From the NCBI RefSeq assembly GCF_009914755.1, contig NC_060941.1: DNA of 64,000 nt; one strand, 5' to 3'. The DNA comes from the human T2T-CHM13v2.0 reference genome, Homo sapiens. Both the position numbers and the translations under genes were made by a program. The notes beneath the pieces were generated by a model that saw nothing but the letters and a program-made list of their open reading frames with translations, searched no databases and was not told the origin of the DNA. Shown in pieces: positions 1-17,461 of this stretch (within the stretch, counting starts at the first letter, position 1; the number at the start of each line of letters is the position of its first letter).

Positions 1-33
1 AGCAAACTCTCTCTGCTTCAGATCTTTTAATCT
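1..33 (-). CDS. GPATCH8: GPATCH8 coding exon 7, 5' part (runs off the window)
   Basis: Acceptor tctttctttcttttaacccag, then AGATTAAAAGATCTGAAGCAGAGAGAGTTTGCT = RLKDLKQREFA, in frame after HAHKQ. Confidence 0.93.
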
Positions 34-336
34 CTGGGTTAAAAGAAAGAAAGATACAGAGGGTGGATGATTTACAGTAACTTGGGAATCAGAAAGCAAA
101 GCCTTTAGGACATGACCCTCAACCAACAGTCATGGTATTAGTGTTGAACACATTATCATATTCTCTTATGGCAATTGAAAACACAATGGCTGATTACTTT
201 GGGTATAGCACTTGCAGTATCTGCATTTCTAATTAGGACAGCATATCATTTGCTTTATTAGGCAAAATAAAATGATCTCAAATGCAACAAGCAAATTTTA
301 GAACACTGGGAGGAAAGAAAGGGACTATTTAATCAC

Positions 337-357
337 CTGCTCCTCCAGGATGCAAAA
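337..357 (-). other. Candidate 21-nt in-frame microexon (FCILEEQ)
   Basis: Distal branch-like cctaac (~417-422) and ~63-nt AG-free tract, then tttgtctag|...CAG|gtgatt. Confidence 0.45.
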
Positions 358-637
358 CTAGACAAACATAACATGAGATAAATTGTAATAACACAAGCCA
401 AAGAGAACAGAAAGGGGTTAGGCTAGTACAGAAAATTACCCAGGTGTAAGATCTTGAAAAGCAATGTACAGCTTACATGGGGGGGGGGGGGTTATTTAAA
501 TTAGAACAAATAGAAAGCATACTTTTATTTCACCATAAAAAGGTGGTTTTTTTTTCTTTCAGCATGAGTAGAGGTTTCCTATAACTATTAAATAAACCCA
601 AGACAGGTCTTCCAGCGCTAGCATGTTTAGAGCTCAC

Positions 638-706
638 CAGTCTGACCACTTTTATCTGGTCAGCCTGCTGAAAGTAGTATGTGAGGCTTTGCATTCCTTC
701 ATGGCC
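638..706 (-). other. Candidate 69-nt in-frame cassette exon (GHEGMQSLTYYFQQADQIKVVRL)
   Basis: About 57-nt AG-free pyrimidine tract ending ttcctctcag; donor CTG|gtgagc. Phase 0 to 0, no stop. Internal CAGCAG alternative acceptors at 665-670. Confidence 0.55.
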
Positions 707-1199
707 CTGAGAGGAATATCCAGGGGATGAGGAGGGAGAGCAGAGATAAGTCAAAGATTTTATTACTTAAAATCCAGGTAACAGAATGGGTCTTTTATTT
801 TCAGAAGCTACTGTATAATTTTCCTTAAAATAAAACAAAACAAACTACAACCAAAAAAGAACAGTGTTATGACACACTGGTGACAGAACCCAGACATATC
901 TATCTGCAATGAAGACAGAACTAAAATTATTTTCAAGACATTAGATAATAACAAGAAACAAACAAAACGAAACATATACATTAACCTATGCTTTTACAAC
1001 AGCATTGGGAAAAGGAATTTGACCCAGTATAAAGTGGACATTGCTTTGTAGAAAGGCATGATGTTCAACAGACAGAGGAATTTTCTTACCTAATATTTAT
1101 GAAATGTGTTTTGAATCTTTTTAAATTGGGAGGGGGGAAGGGTAAAAAGACACACACAAAAAAAGATATACAGCTAAAGACACTAGTAGAAAAACTCAC

Positions 1200-1249
1200 T
1201 CTTGTGATCTGGGCTCCCAAATTAGAAGGATTTGCTTTCAATACATCAG
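1200..1249 (-). other. Candidate 50-nt cassette exon (ADVLKANPSNLGAQITR when entered in phase 1) in intron 6
   Basis: About 79-nt AG-free, U-rich tract ending ...acattttcag; donor AGA|gtgagt. Confidence 0.65.
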
Positions 1250-1471
1250 CTGAAAATGTCACATCACAAAGAAAAAAAAGTAAAAAATAAAACAAGAGTG
1301 GAAGAGAAAAAAAAAATAAAGCAAGCATTACTACACGAGCTCTCTTAGTGAATCTGTAAACTATTATACTGAACAATCAGGGACAAAGCCATCAACTCTA
1401 AAAGGGCTAGGGAGAAGGGAAGCACCTGTACAACATATATATGTGTACATACACACAGACTGACACAGTAA

Positions 1472-2465
<994 letters not shown>

Positions 2466-3032
2466 ATATACATTATGGCCTGCCATCTTCTCTCTAGCCA
2501 CCTGCTAAGACTGGAAAATTTCCCCATGCCATTTCCTCCCCTCTTACAAATATTTCACTACTTTTAGGAAGCATTTTTCAAACTACATGACATTGTCCAA
2601 AAGAACAATCATTTTATCAAAGTATGGAGTCCCCAGGGTGAGTCAAGATTAGGCTTTCCATTCAGCAGCCACTCTGTACAACCTTGAAGATGAAGGAACA
2701 GGACCATGCCCACATCATGCTGAAGACATCCTATCTCAAGTTCCTACCACAGGAATATGGTTGGAGGTAGATACGGAAGAAGATGGGATGAAGCAATAAA
2801 ACGAATCTAAATTGCAGGCTCCCTCTGGGCAAACCTATCCTAAGAATACCCTATAAGGCTTAGGAAGGCTCCCAGTATCACATTTACAAACTTTACAGTC
2901 AAGTCTGCAATCTCAAAAGCAGAATTGAGAACCCCAGAATTCTCACCCCAACCTTGAGACAGGACTCAGCAAACCATCTCAAACTGAGTATGTATACTTG
3001 TGGTTTCTCTCAGATGAGGACATTCTGGCGAC

Positions 3033-3341
3033 TTTTTTTTAAGAGACAAGGTCTCACTTTGTTGCCCAGGTGGGAGTGCTGGGGCTATTCACATGTGTGA
3101 TTCCACTACTGATCAGCATGGGAGTTCTGACCTGCTCTGTTTCCGACCTGAACCAGTTCACTTCTCCTTAGGAAACTTGGTTGGCCCCCAGCTCCTGGGA
3201 GTTCATCACATGATGCCTAACTTAGTGCAGACACCCAATCAGCATAGCGCACTATAGTTCAGAACTCCTGGGCTCAAGTGATACCCCCAGCCTCAGCCTC
3301 CCAAGAAGCCAGGACTACAGGCATGCACCACTACGCCCAGC
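3033..3341 (-). pseudogene. 7SL (SRP RNA) retropseudogene, full length with A-tail
   Basis: Alu-like ends with the central S domain retained (reverse complement contains ctaagttaggcatca...ctaaggag...tcggaaacagagcaggtcagaactccc...tgatcagtagtgg). Many substitutions; poly-T at 3033-3040. Confidence 0.9.
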
Positions 3342-3569
3342 CAAGACATGGGTTATAAGGTTCATATTTTCCTTTACCTAGAATGAATGCCTAACTCCAA
3401 GTGTCTCCTGCCTACTCAAGGTCAGACTAAATTCTTACAAAGTCTCCACTGATCCTTCAAAAGAGGTGACTGTTCTTTCTGAACTGTCCCTAGTGGTGCT
3501 TTGTCATACTGCTCACCTAGCAGCTATCGTACTTTGTTCTCTGACCAGTTATTCCTGTCTTTTAAAAAG

Positions 3570-3760
3570 GCAGTATGTGTAAAGCATCGGAGTCAGAAAG
3601 CTTGGGTTCAAATCCATTAATTACTAGCCAATCCACTTATTACTAGGTGATTTCACCTCTCTGAGTTCCAGCTCCCTCATTAAAAAACAGGGCTATCTAT
3701 CTACAGATTAACAAGATTAAATGTCAAAATAAATGTAAAGCATTTAATAAGTCACAACTG
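3570..3760. mobile_element. MIR fragment
   Basis: gagtcaga...tgggttcaaatcc...cacctctctgag...cag...cctcat...taaatgtaaagcattta. Confidence 0.6.
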
Positions 3761-5754
3761 TTCAATACTCCCTTCCCTCCGTGTGGGGCAGGGACTACAG
3801 CTTATCTTTATAATCAACCCCGCAGTGCACAAAACACTACTAAGTCTACGGAGGGCATCTGGTAAATGTCCAGTGAATAATTCAGTTCAAACATCAGATC
3901 CTTCATTTTTCCTCAAATAATTTTTTCTACTATTTGTAGGAAAGGTTGATATAAAGTATTCTCGTATCTTTATTAGGGACATATTAAAGTTATATAGTAT
4001 GGTCCTCCTAGTTACCACTCCAGATACCTCTTATTTCTAGACAGAATTGGGCCAAATGGCAAAAGATACTGGCCAGAAACTTCTCAGCTTCCTACCTAAA
4101 AAGTAATTTTTATAAAGGCACAAGGACCTAATCAGAGTCAGGTTTTCCAAAATTGCCTATTTTATTCCAAAAGGCTACCAACGTCTGGCTCATTTGTCAC
4201 GGAATACCCACGTGAAATTCTGTGAATTGTACCTGCACTTTTCTCTTAAATTCTAAAGAGGAACACAACTATAGATAATTTCTTCAGGTGAGAATAGAGA
4301 AACATGCCTGCCTATGAGAGAAGAGACAGCGCTCACAAGACCAAACACTGCAGATATGTCATCAATCTCTTGTCAAAGTCTGAGCAAATTCCATACCATA
4401 CACAAAAATTCAAGTTAAACTCCAAAATGGGACATTCTAATTTGAATGGATTTAATTATCCATTTAAGCTGACTCAAAAGCTATGAGATGTCCTTATCTC
4501 TGAAAATTATACGATATGCTTTCTGAAGAGCTGCTAATAAATTAGATTATGTTATTGAACCACTAATGGTATTAACAAAAATTTAAGCCACATAGCACAT
4601 TTTTAGTTGGGAAATACCTTAATTCAAGAAAAGGAGACTGAACCCCACTGGAAATGAAAAGATATGAAGATTCTGTTTTCCTGAAAAATCAACAGCATTT
4701 TTCCAAAACAGTATACATTTGTGGCACAGTACAGAATGGAAGGAACATTTCCCACAGATCCTTAATCACATGGTGGCTGGGATTTCCATTACACCTTCCA
4801 GAAGACCAGTAGAAAGGCAAGACCCTAACAAATGATCCAGTACTTGAAGTACCCATCCACATTAACTGTGGCTCTTTGGGTTAAAGACCACTCTAAATGG
4901 AAATGATATTCCAGTTCTTAAAACATAACTTAAACAGCATTATATTGGCAGAAAAACGTTTTACTGTGGACACAAAGTATTGCTCTACTATCACTGAAAA
5001 GATTAAGCCAAAGAAATGAGAATCAGGTAAATCTGAATGTGGATTATAAATGTGCAGAAAAGGTACACCCCAACAGCCACCCACTTCTCTTTAAGTGTAG
5101 ACTTCAAGAGCAGAAACATTCTGCTCAGTGTCTATTAAAATAAGGCAACTATGACAATTGGGCTTTGCAGATCATCTGTAAAATGGCTCCCAAGAAATAC
5201 GGCCTCTTTCTATAGTGGTTAGAACTTTTAAGATAGTCATCATTCTGTCAATAGTCAAGAGCAACAGTGTTCCTGCTCAACTGTGATTGAGTTGAGTAAG
5301 ACACACATTTCTGCACAGTGTTCTCTAACAACAAAAGATAATACAAGGGTTTAACAAAATCTTTTTGTATCTTTTAGTGCTATGCTTCTCTCTACCATCA
5401 AAATAAAATTTGACACTAGGAGTTTATATTTGATGGAGTATACTAAGAATAATTCTGATTACTTTCTCGAGTATTTAAAATTGATTATCTACATTTAAAT
5501 AAAACCCATTTTTCTCATGTAAAGGGGATTTCAAGTATCAGAAAACAGGCAGAATTTAGGGCAGAATATTTCCTACTGCCACTAAAATCCCATGTTCTAC
5601 ATTTACTCAGCTCTGAAGAGAAAACTTGATTTTGTCCCTTTAGGGTCTAAAGATTATCCATGGCGTCTTTCCCTCACCAGATAGCAACTCTGCTCTCCCA
5701 ACAGGGACTGAGGCTTAGTCTTTCTTTGTAACTAACTATGCAATGTACACATAG

Positions 5755-8587
<2,833 letters not shown>

Positions 8588-9288
8588 AAATTCACACATC
8601 TAAAGTGTCAAATTTAGTGGGTTTTAGTACATTCTTAGAATTGTGCAACTATCACCACTATCTAATTTTAGAACATTTTCATTACTCCCAAAAGAAACCT
8701 CATACCCATAAGCAGTTACTCACCATCTCCCCTTTGCCTAGCCCCAGGAATCTACTAATCAGCTTTCTGTCTCTATACATTTGTTTATTCTAGACTTTTT
8801 ATATAAATAATACAATATGGGGTCTTTTGTGATCAGCTTCTTTCACTTAGCATACTATTTTCAAGATTCATGCATGTTGTATATACCAGTAAGTCCTTCC
8901 TTTTTATTGCTGAATAATATTCCATTGTACAGATGTACCACATTTTATCCATTTACCAGTTGATGGACATGTGGGTTATTTCCCTTTTTGGCTATTATGA
9001 AGAATGCTGCTATAAACATTTTTAGGCAAGTTCTTGTGTGGACATATGTTTACACTTCCCTTGGGTATATACTAGTAATATGGTAACTTTGTATTTAATG
9101 TTTTGAGGAAGTGTCAAAAACTTTTCCACTATCTTTTCACTATCTCATCAGCAATGCAGGAGGGCTCTAACTTCTTGATATCTTCTCCAACACTTTGTTA
9201 GAGTACCATTTTTATTTTAGCCATCCCAGTGGGTATGAAATGGTATACATAAATTTTGTGGTTTTGTAGATAATGAGCTTTAAGTATA

Positions 9289-9519
9289 CAGGTTGAGTAT
9301 CCCGTATCTGAAATACTTAGAACTGGAAGTGTTTTAGATATTGGGCTTTTTTACATTTTAGAATATTTGCATTGTATATTTACTGCTTGAGCATCCCAAA
9401 TCTGAAAACCCAAAATGCTCCAATAAACACTTCCTTTGAGAGTCATGTTGGCATTCAAAAACTTTCAGATTTTGAAACATTTTGGATTTTAATTTTTTGA
9501 ATTTGGGATGCTCAATCTG
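9289..9519. mobile_element. Tigger4a/MER46-like non-autonomous DNA transposon
   Basis: Terminal inverted repeats CAGGTTGAGTATCCC...GGGATGCTCAATCTG flanked by TA; about 230 bp. Confidence 0.85.
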
Positions 9520-10042
9520 TATTTACATAGCACTCCAAGAAGATATCTGGGGACAAAGATTTGCCCCATAGGTAAAATCTGAAGGCGGATAAGTCATAAG
9601 AGCTGCCTGGGTCCAAAGCAAATGGCACAACAACAACCCAGTTCAGAGCTCTTTACAGTACTGTCACTAAAGAACTTATTACTTAGGTTGCTTTAACTTT
9701 TCTGACTACAATAGAACAAAGAGTCTAATCCCAGCATCTCTACCACAGTGCATCACTGTGATAAATTAAGTGTAAGGGGCAGAAAGGTTGAAACTGTAGA
9801 ACAAAAGTAAGGCAGAATCATTTTTAGTCAACTGGGATTGAGTGCCAAAATGAAGAACAGTTAGAAATACATAACAAGAGAATGCCTGGTTTACCCTGGC
9901 AACATTAGGTCCTGAAGTGTCTGTTTTGAGGGTTACCCCTAATCACAAAAGCAGACAGCTCCCCTAAGCAGAAGGGGATTTTTTCAACAGTTTTGTTGTT
10001 TTTGAGACGGAGTCTCACTCTGTTGCCCAGGCTGGAGTGTAG

Positions 10043-10327
<285 letters not shown>

Positions 10328-12425
10328 TGATTGCTGGGTATAATAAGTTTACTCCCAACATAAGCAGAGGGGAATGAATACATAAGACTTAACAGGTGAA
10401 AAGGCATGAAACATGCTAAATTTTTGGAAGACTGGCCAAATGATGTCAATTTTCTTATTAAGCAAAACAGACCCCAAGAAAATGGTATGAACAGTGGTAT
10501 AGAATACCACTGAACCCAACATTTTCACCTCTCTGCTATAGGTTATTAAAATAAAACTACAACATGTTCAAGTGCTGAGATGCACTCCTTTCTTCAAACC
10601 TGTGTTGTTTCTTAAAGCATAATCCCTGAAGAGAGCTGTGCTGTTTAAGTAATACATGTTATTGGGTAATGAAACAGTCAACTAAGAATAAGTAATCCTG
10701 TCAAAAAGCAGTTGCAAACAATTTAGACAAAGTTAATTAAATCATGTATTAACAGATTATATCCTGTACAAATCAGAATACAGTCACTGGTGGCTGCTAG
10801 AGGCTTCATCTGTTTTAGTTCTGCTATTTAAAGCTCAGGGAACTACTGTTTTTGTTCACAACTGAAACAGACCTTGGAATTAAATAAGACTTTAGTCCTT
10901 TTAGAAAATGTAAAAAGTATAGGAGTTTTCATACTACAGGTATTTTAGCAGAAAGAAGAGGGAGGCTAAAAGCATATTCCTCTGACTGAGATACTGAATC
11001 CTACAGTTAAAGGAATTTTTTTTTTTTTGAGACAGGGCCTTGCTCAATATATTACCCAGGCTTGAGTGCAGTGGCACAATCTTGGCTCACTGCAATGTCC
11101 ACCTCCTGGGCTCAAATGATTCTCCTGAGGAAAACTCTAAATTTCTGTTCCTTGGTAATGTTATGTTACTGCGTAATGAAACCGTCAAGTGTCAAGTAAG
11201 AGTAAGTAATCTTGTCAAAAAGCAGATGCAAACAGTTTAGACAAGGTCAATCCTGTCAAAAAGCAGTTGCAAACAGTTTAGACAAAGTTAACTAAATCAT
11301 GTATTAATAGACTCAGCCCCTCTAGCAGCTGGGACCACAGGCAACTGCCATCACATCCAGCTAATTTTTGGGGGCATTTTTTGTAGAGACCGGGTTTTGC
11401 CATGTTGCCCAGACTGGTCTCGAACTTTTGGGCTCAAGTGATCTGCCCGCCTGAGTCTCCTAAAGTGCTGGGATTACAGGTATGAGCCACCACGCTTGGC
11501 CTAAAGAATTTCTGAAGATGCTTTACAGTACCAGATTTTGATAATCTGGATCAGACTACCAGAGACTGAAATCGCAAGGAAGTTGGTCCCAACACTATTA
11601 GCAAGGAGGCAGCTTTTCAATGTGCCAGTTCCCCAGTATCAGTCAGAAGCCACGGGAACCTGTGTGGGAAGGAAGGAAAAGCATAGGCCTGAGTCACAAA
11701 TTCAAATGTTTACAGGAGTTTGGCAGGTAACATAATGAGTCACACAGATTGGTGTAAGAGAAAAGATGAAGTGGAGATCACAGCTAGTTGCAGAATGAGC
11801 AAAGAGATGGCAACTGTTCAGCTTTAGTCAACTGTTATGTTGAAATGTAGGCCCAATGTTGTCTGATAATTTTAATTTTTCAAGATAAGCCAAAGCCTAA
11901 ATTATGTAAAATTGAATTTTTAAAATTTGGGAATCAACTGAAATTAAAAAGGGAAAAACTAATAATGTGAAGGCCAGATAAAATATATCTATGAGATAAT
12001 TTGTGACCTCTCTAGTTTATGTACTAGGAGGACCTTTAGTGGCACAAACAAGAGGCTAAGATTGGAAGAAAAATCCTGAGTAGGTAACAAGGTACAAAGG
12101 AAGCAGCCAAAAAGAGAGAAAGAGAGAGAGAGAAGAAAAGAAAAAGAGGAAGAAAGGAAGGGAGGAAGGGAGGGAGGGAAGGAGGATTGACTATAAAGGT
12201 GGTGCTGCTATTAATTAATTTACTTTTGGGAAACAATATTCTTTGGAGTTTGAATTTTAGGCCTCTTGAAATGCTAAAGAAAATGATTCTACTGTCATAT
12301 CCATCAGCAGACAAATTTTTTAAAGATATGCAAAATAATTAAGGAGGCAAGGACGTAGGGATAGAAAAATCTGTAGTATCAAATTTGTCTGTAACTTACA
12401 CTAAGCCAACAAAGGTAGGAGATGA

Positions 12426-12639
<214 letters not shown>

Positions 12640-13257
12640 TAGCCAGGATGGTCTCGATCTCCTGACCTTGTGATCCGCCAGCCTCGGCCTCCCAAAGTGC
12701 TGGGATTACAGGCGTGAGCCACCGCGCCCGGCTAGTCAGTGCTAATGTCTATTGAGCATTCAGGTGTTATCAGAATTAACTCATGTAAAAAGGAATCATA
12801 TATTGGATTTCTTCAGAAATGGAAAGGCCTACTCTTAGAGATTTCAAAATGTATTAACATCGATCACTTGAAAACTAGGGTTAAACTACTGAAAAGAGCC
12901 AAAATACTTAATCAGCTTCTGTATCTCTGAAGATCAAGCTGGGTCTTAATATTTTTGTGTTAACAACTCTTCGTAAAATCTTGGAAAACCTGAGAAAAAC
13001 TAGTGAATATAAAGAGGCACATAACACCCCCGCATCCTGTCAGGAAAAAAACAACTCAAACCTTGAATGAGGGTGACCATATAGCTCCTTTTGGAGAGAT
13101 TATTTGTGCTTATTAAAGAGAAGGGTATGTTTAGGATCCTGCCTCTACTATAGTTTACTACTAACGTAATACATTATTTCTCTGAAAAATATTAATGGTG
13201 AAAATCTGATAGAAGATGCAAACTAGGGATTGCTAATACAGGGTTGAAAGTACTTAC

Positions 13258-13294
13258 CTATTATCTCAGATTCATAATAATCCTGTGTGCCTTC
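13258..13294 (-). other. Candidate 37-nt cassette exon (EGTQDYYESEII + 1 nt) in intron 6
   Basis: ctgtcttgtcttccag|GAAGGC...ATAATAG|gtaagta. Consensus donor; open in the frame of exon 6. Confidence 0.7.
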
Positions 13295-14378
13295 CTGGAA
13301 GACAAGACAGGGTGTCTTTATGATTTTAGAGCATGAATTTGGAAAAATGGTAGGTCCATTTGTATGTTAAGTTCATGTCCATCAAAGAGGAATGAAAAAT
13401 ATGTCCTTCCTCCTGTTAGGGGTTATGTGGCTGTGTTGTACCAAGGTCAATTAAAGATTCCTTAGAAATTATTTTTTTTTGTTGTCCGAGACAGGGTCTT
13501 GCTCTGTCACCCAGGCTAGGGTATAGTGGCATGATCACAGCTCATTGCAACCTCAAACTCCTGGGCTCAAGCGATCCTCCTGGCTTAGCCTCACAAGTAG
13601 CTCGGACTTACACTACATGTGCGTGTCACCACATCAGGGTAATTTTTTTTTTTTTTTTAGAGAGACAGAGTCTTGCTCTGTCACCCAGGCTGAGGTGCAG
13701 TGGCACGAGCATAGCTCACTGCAGCCTTGAACTCCTGGCCTCAACAGATCTTCCTGCCTCAGCCTCCTCAGTAGCTGGGATTATAGGCATGAGCCACTGC
13801 ACCCAGTGGGTTCCTCAGACATTCCAAGTTCAGGGAAGAGACGAACTATGAAAAATTTAGTGCTGTGCTTCTTTTGTTTATATATTTATAACATTCTGTT
13901 TTGAGATCCTACTGTTTGCATTAGAACAGCAGTATGAAGAAAGGTGAAAAAGCCTACCTTTCAAGCAAATGAAGAACATTTCACCAAAAACCAAAACCAA
14001 AACCAAACTTGTACTACATGGTTTTTTTTTTTTTTAATGCGTAAGATCAGCTTTTAAGATGAAGAAATAAACTCACATGCATTCATTCATCATACCAGCT
14101 AAAGATTTTTCCTAGACCAGGGATCACAGATATATATTCTGTATTAGTGAACAGGCAGTCCATGAGTTCTCCATGGGTAACCCTTAATTTTGTATTTTTA
14201 TTTTGATGGTACTCTAAAGAAGAGTAATAAGTGAATATTCTGGATCACCTAGATGAGCACTTTATAAATGTTTACAACATAACTTGGGACTTAAAATGAC
14301 AATAATTTGTTTGTACTAAGGTCAAATGACACCACAATATCATATATATACGAAAGTTTTTAATTAATTCTGATAGAA

Positions 14379-14588
14379 TAGGGTTTTCAACTGCAGCACT
14401 ATTAACTGCCATTTTGCCTCTTTGTTTCAAGGAGCTTTTCTGTGCATTGTAGATGTTACCAGCATTGCTGGCCTCAACCTACTAGATGCCAGTAGTATCA
14501 CACCCTTAGTTGGGACAACCAAAAATGTACAGAGGCATTGCCAAGTGCCTCCAGAGTGACAAAATCTCCCTAGTTTGAGAGCAAATGC
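14379..14588 (-). mobile_element. MER20 (hAT-Charlie) element
   Basis: ctgtgcattgtag...tggcctc...actagatgccagtag...gacaaccaaaaatgt...cattgccaa resembles the recalled MER20 consensus. Confidence 0.8.
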
Positions 14589-14822
14589 AATAGAGAAAAG
14601 TGGTGGGAGAGCTGAGGTAACACAAGGTGTGCAGGAGAATAAACATGTCAAATTCAAATGAACCAAAGATGTAACAATTTCTACTACATTCAGGTTGAGG
14701 ACAGTGTCACTAAAACATTATCATACAACACATTAATGCTGTCAATGTGAATTTTATTACATTGTAAATCTGTTTTGCTTTTTTTCCCTTAAAAGGCAAG
14801 TCTATACATTATTGAAGTTTGA

Positions 14823-14975
<153 letters not shown>

Positions 14976-15151
14976 TAGCCAGGCCACCACGCCTGGCTAA
15001 TTTTTTTTATTTTTAGTAGAGACGGGGTTTCACCAAGTTGGACAGGCTGGTCTTGAACTCCTGACCTCAACTGATCTGCCCGCCTTGGCCTTCCAAAGTG
15101 CTGGGATTATACTGTGTGAGCCACCACACCCAGCCTATTGTTTTCTAGTTA

Positions 15152-15322
<171 letters not shown>

Positions 15323-15368
15323 TCAAGAAAAACAAACAAACAAAAAAACCTTTTTTTTCTTTTCTTGA

Positions 15369-15512
<144 letters not shown>

Positions 15513-15673
15513 TAATTTTTGTATTTTCAATGGAGATGGGGTTTCGCCATGTTGGCCAGGCTGGTCTGGAACTCCTGACCTCAGGTGAACTCCCCCTCAG
15601 CTTCCCAAAGTGCTGGGATTACAGGCACGAGCCACCGCACCTGGCCTCTTTTCTAGTTAAAACTTGACTCTGA

Positions 15674-15943
<270 letters not shown>

Positions 15944-16470
15944 TGACTCTGTCCATCTCAGCCTCCCAAAGTGCTGGGATTATAGGCATGAGCCACTGCA
16001 CCTGGCCTAACCTTTCTAATGCCATTTTTCCACCTAAAATATCTTTTCTGTTAATATATCACAGATATTTCTTAATTGAAAAAATTCTCAAGAACCCCAA
16101 AACTTGAGTATATACTTAGATACTAAATGTCTTAATTAAATAAAGATAATCTGAAAGAGTTTTTTATTTGTTTTGTTTTTTTGAGACAAGGTCTTGCTCT
16201 GTTGCCCAGTGTGAAGTGCAGTGGCATGATCATGGCTCACTGCAACCTCAAACTCCTGGGCTCAAGCGATTCTAACACCTCGGCTTCTGGAGTAGCTGCG
16301 ATTACACATGTGCCACCACACCCAGCTAATTACATTTTTTGTAATTAGCTTAGATTGGGGGGCAGGTCTTGTACATTGCTCAGGGTGGTCTCGAACTCCT
16401 GGGCTCAAGTGATCCTCCTGCCCTGGCTTTGCAAAGTGCTGCGATTACAGGTGCGAGCCACCGTGCCTAG

Positions 16471-16653
<183 letters not shown>

Positions 16654-16878
16654 TAGTAGAGACAGGGTTTCACCGTGGTCTTGATCTCCTGACCTCGTGA
16701 TCCGCCCGCCTCGGCCTCCCAAAGTGCTGGGATTACAAGCGTGAGCCACCGCACCCGGCCGGCCTAACATTTTTAAATTATAAATACTTTGAAAAACTGG
16801 AAAAGGTCCTGGATAGAAGTATTCACTGTTGAATTTTTCTTTCCTGAAAAACCAGTCTTTGAAAGAGTAAAAAAGTAA

Positions 16879-17166
<288 letters not shown>

Positions 17167-17423
17167 TGAGCTGAGATCCACCACTGCACTCCAGCTTGGG
17201 CGAAAGAGCAAAACTCCGTCTCAAAAAAACAGAAAAGAATGTCCAAAGGTATGTAGTAAGTTGAAAAGCTGTCTTGAATACAAGTCCATTAGTGGAAGAA
17301 TCTTAAATTGGTTAGGTATATTTAAATGGGGGAGACTGTTCCAAAAAAGTGTAATACCACAACCAGCTTACAAATTCTTCCAGTTCTAGTAAGAATAAAA
17401 CTTGGTCAAAGATTGCCTTTTAC

Positions 17424-17461
17424 CTGTGCACTGAAATCTTATGGTTGGTGGAAGATGAAGG
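17424..17461 (-). other. Candidate 38-nt frameshifting exon in intron 6
   Basis: T-run then ag|CCTTCATC...GCACAG|gtaaaa. Confidence 0.35.

Noticed and set aside
767-823. 57-nt segment after a U-rich acceptor (ENYTVASENKRPILLPGF*)
   Set aside because: Donor taa|gtaata is weak and only ~60 nt from the next acceptor.
4689-4891. Acceptor at 4892-4893 and a short reading frame ending ...LEKCC*
   Set aside because: No convincing donor or frame link to the known exons.
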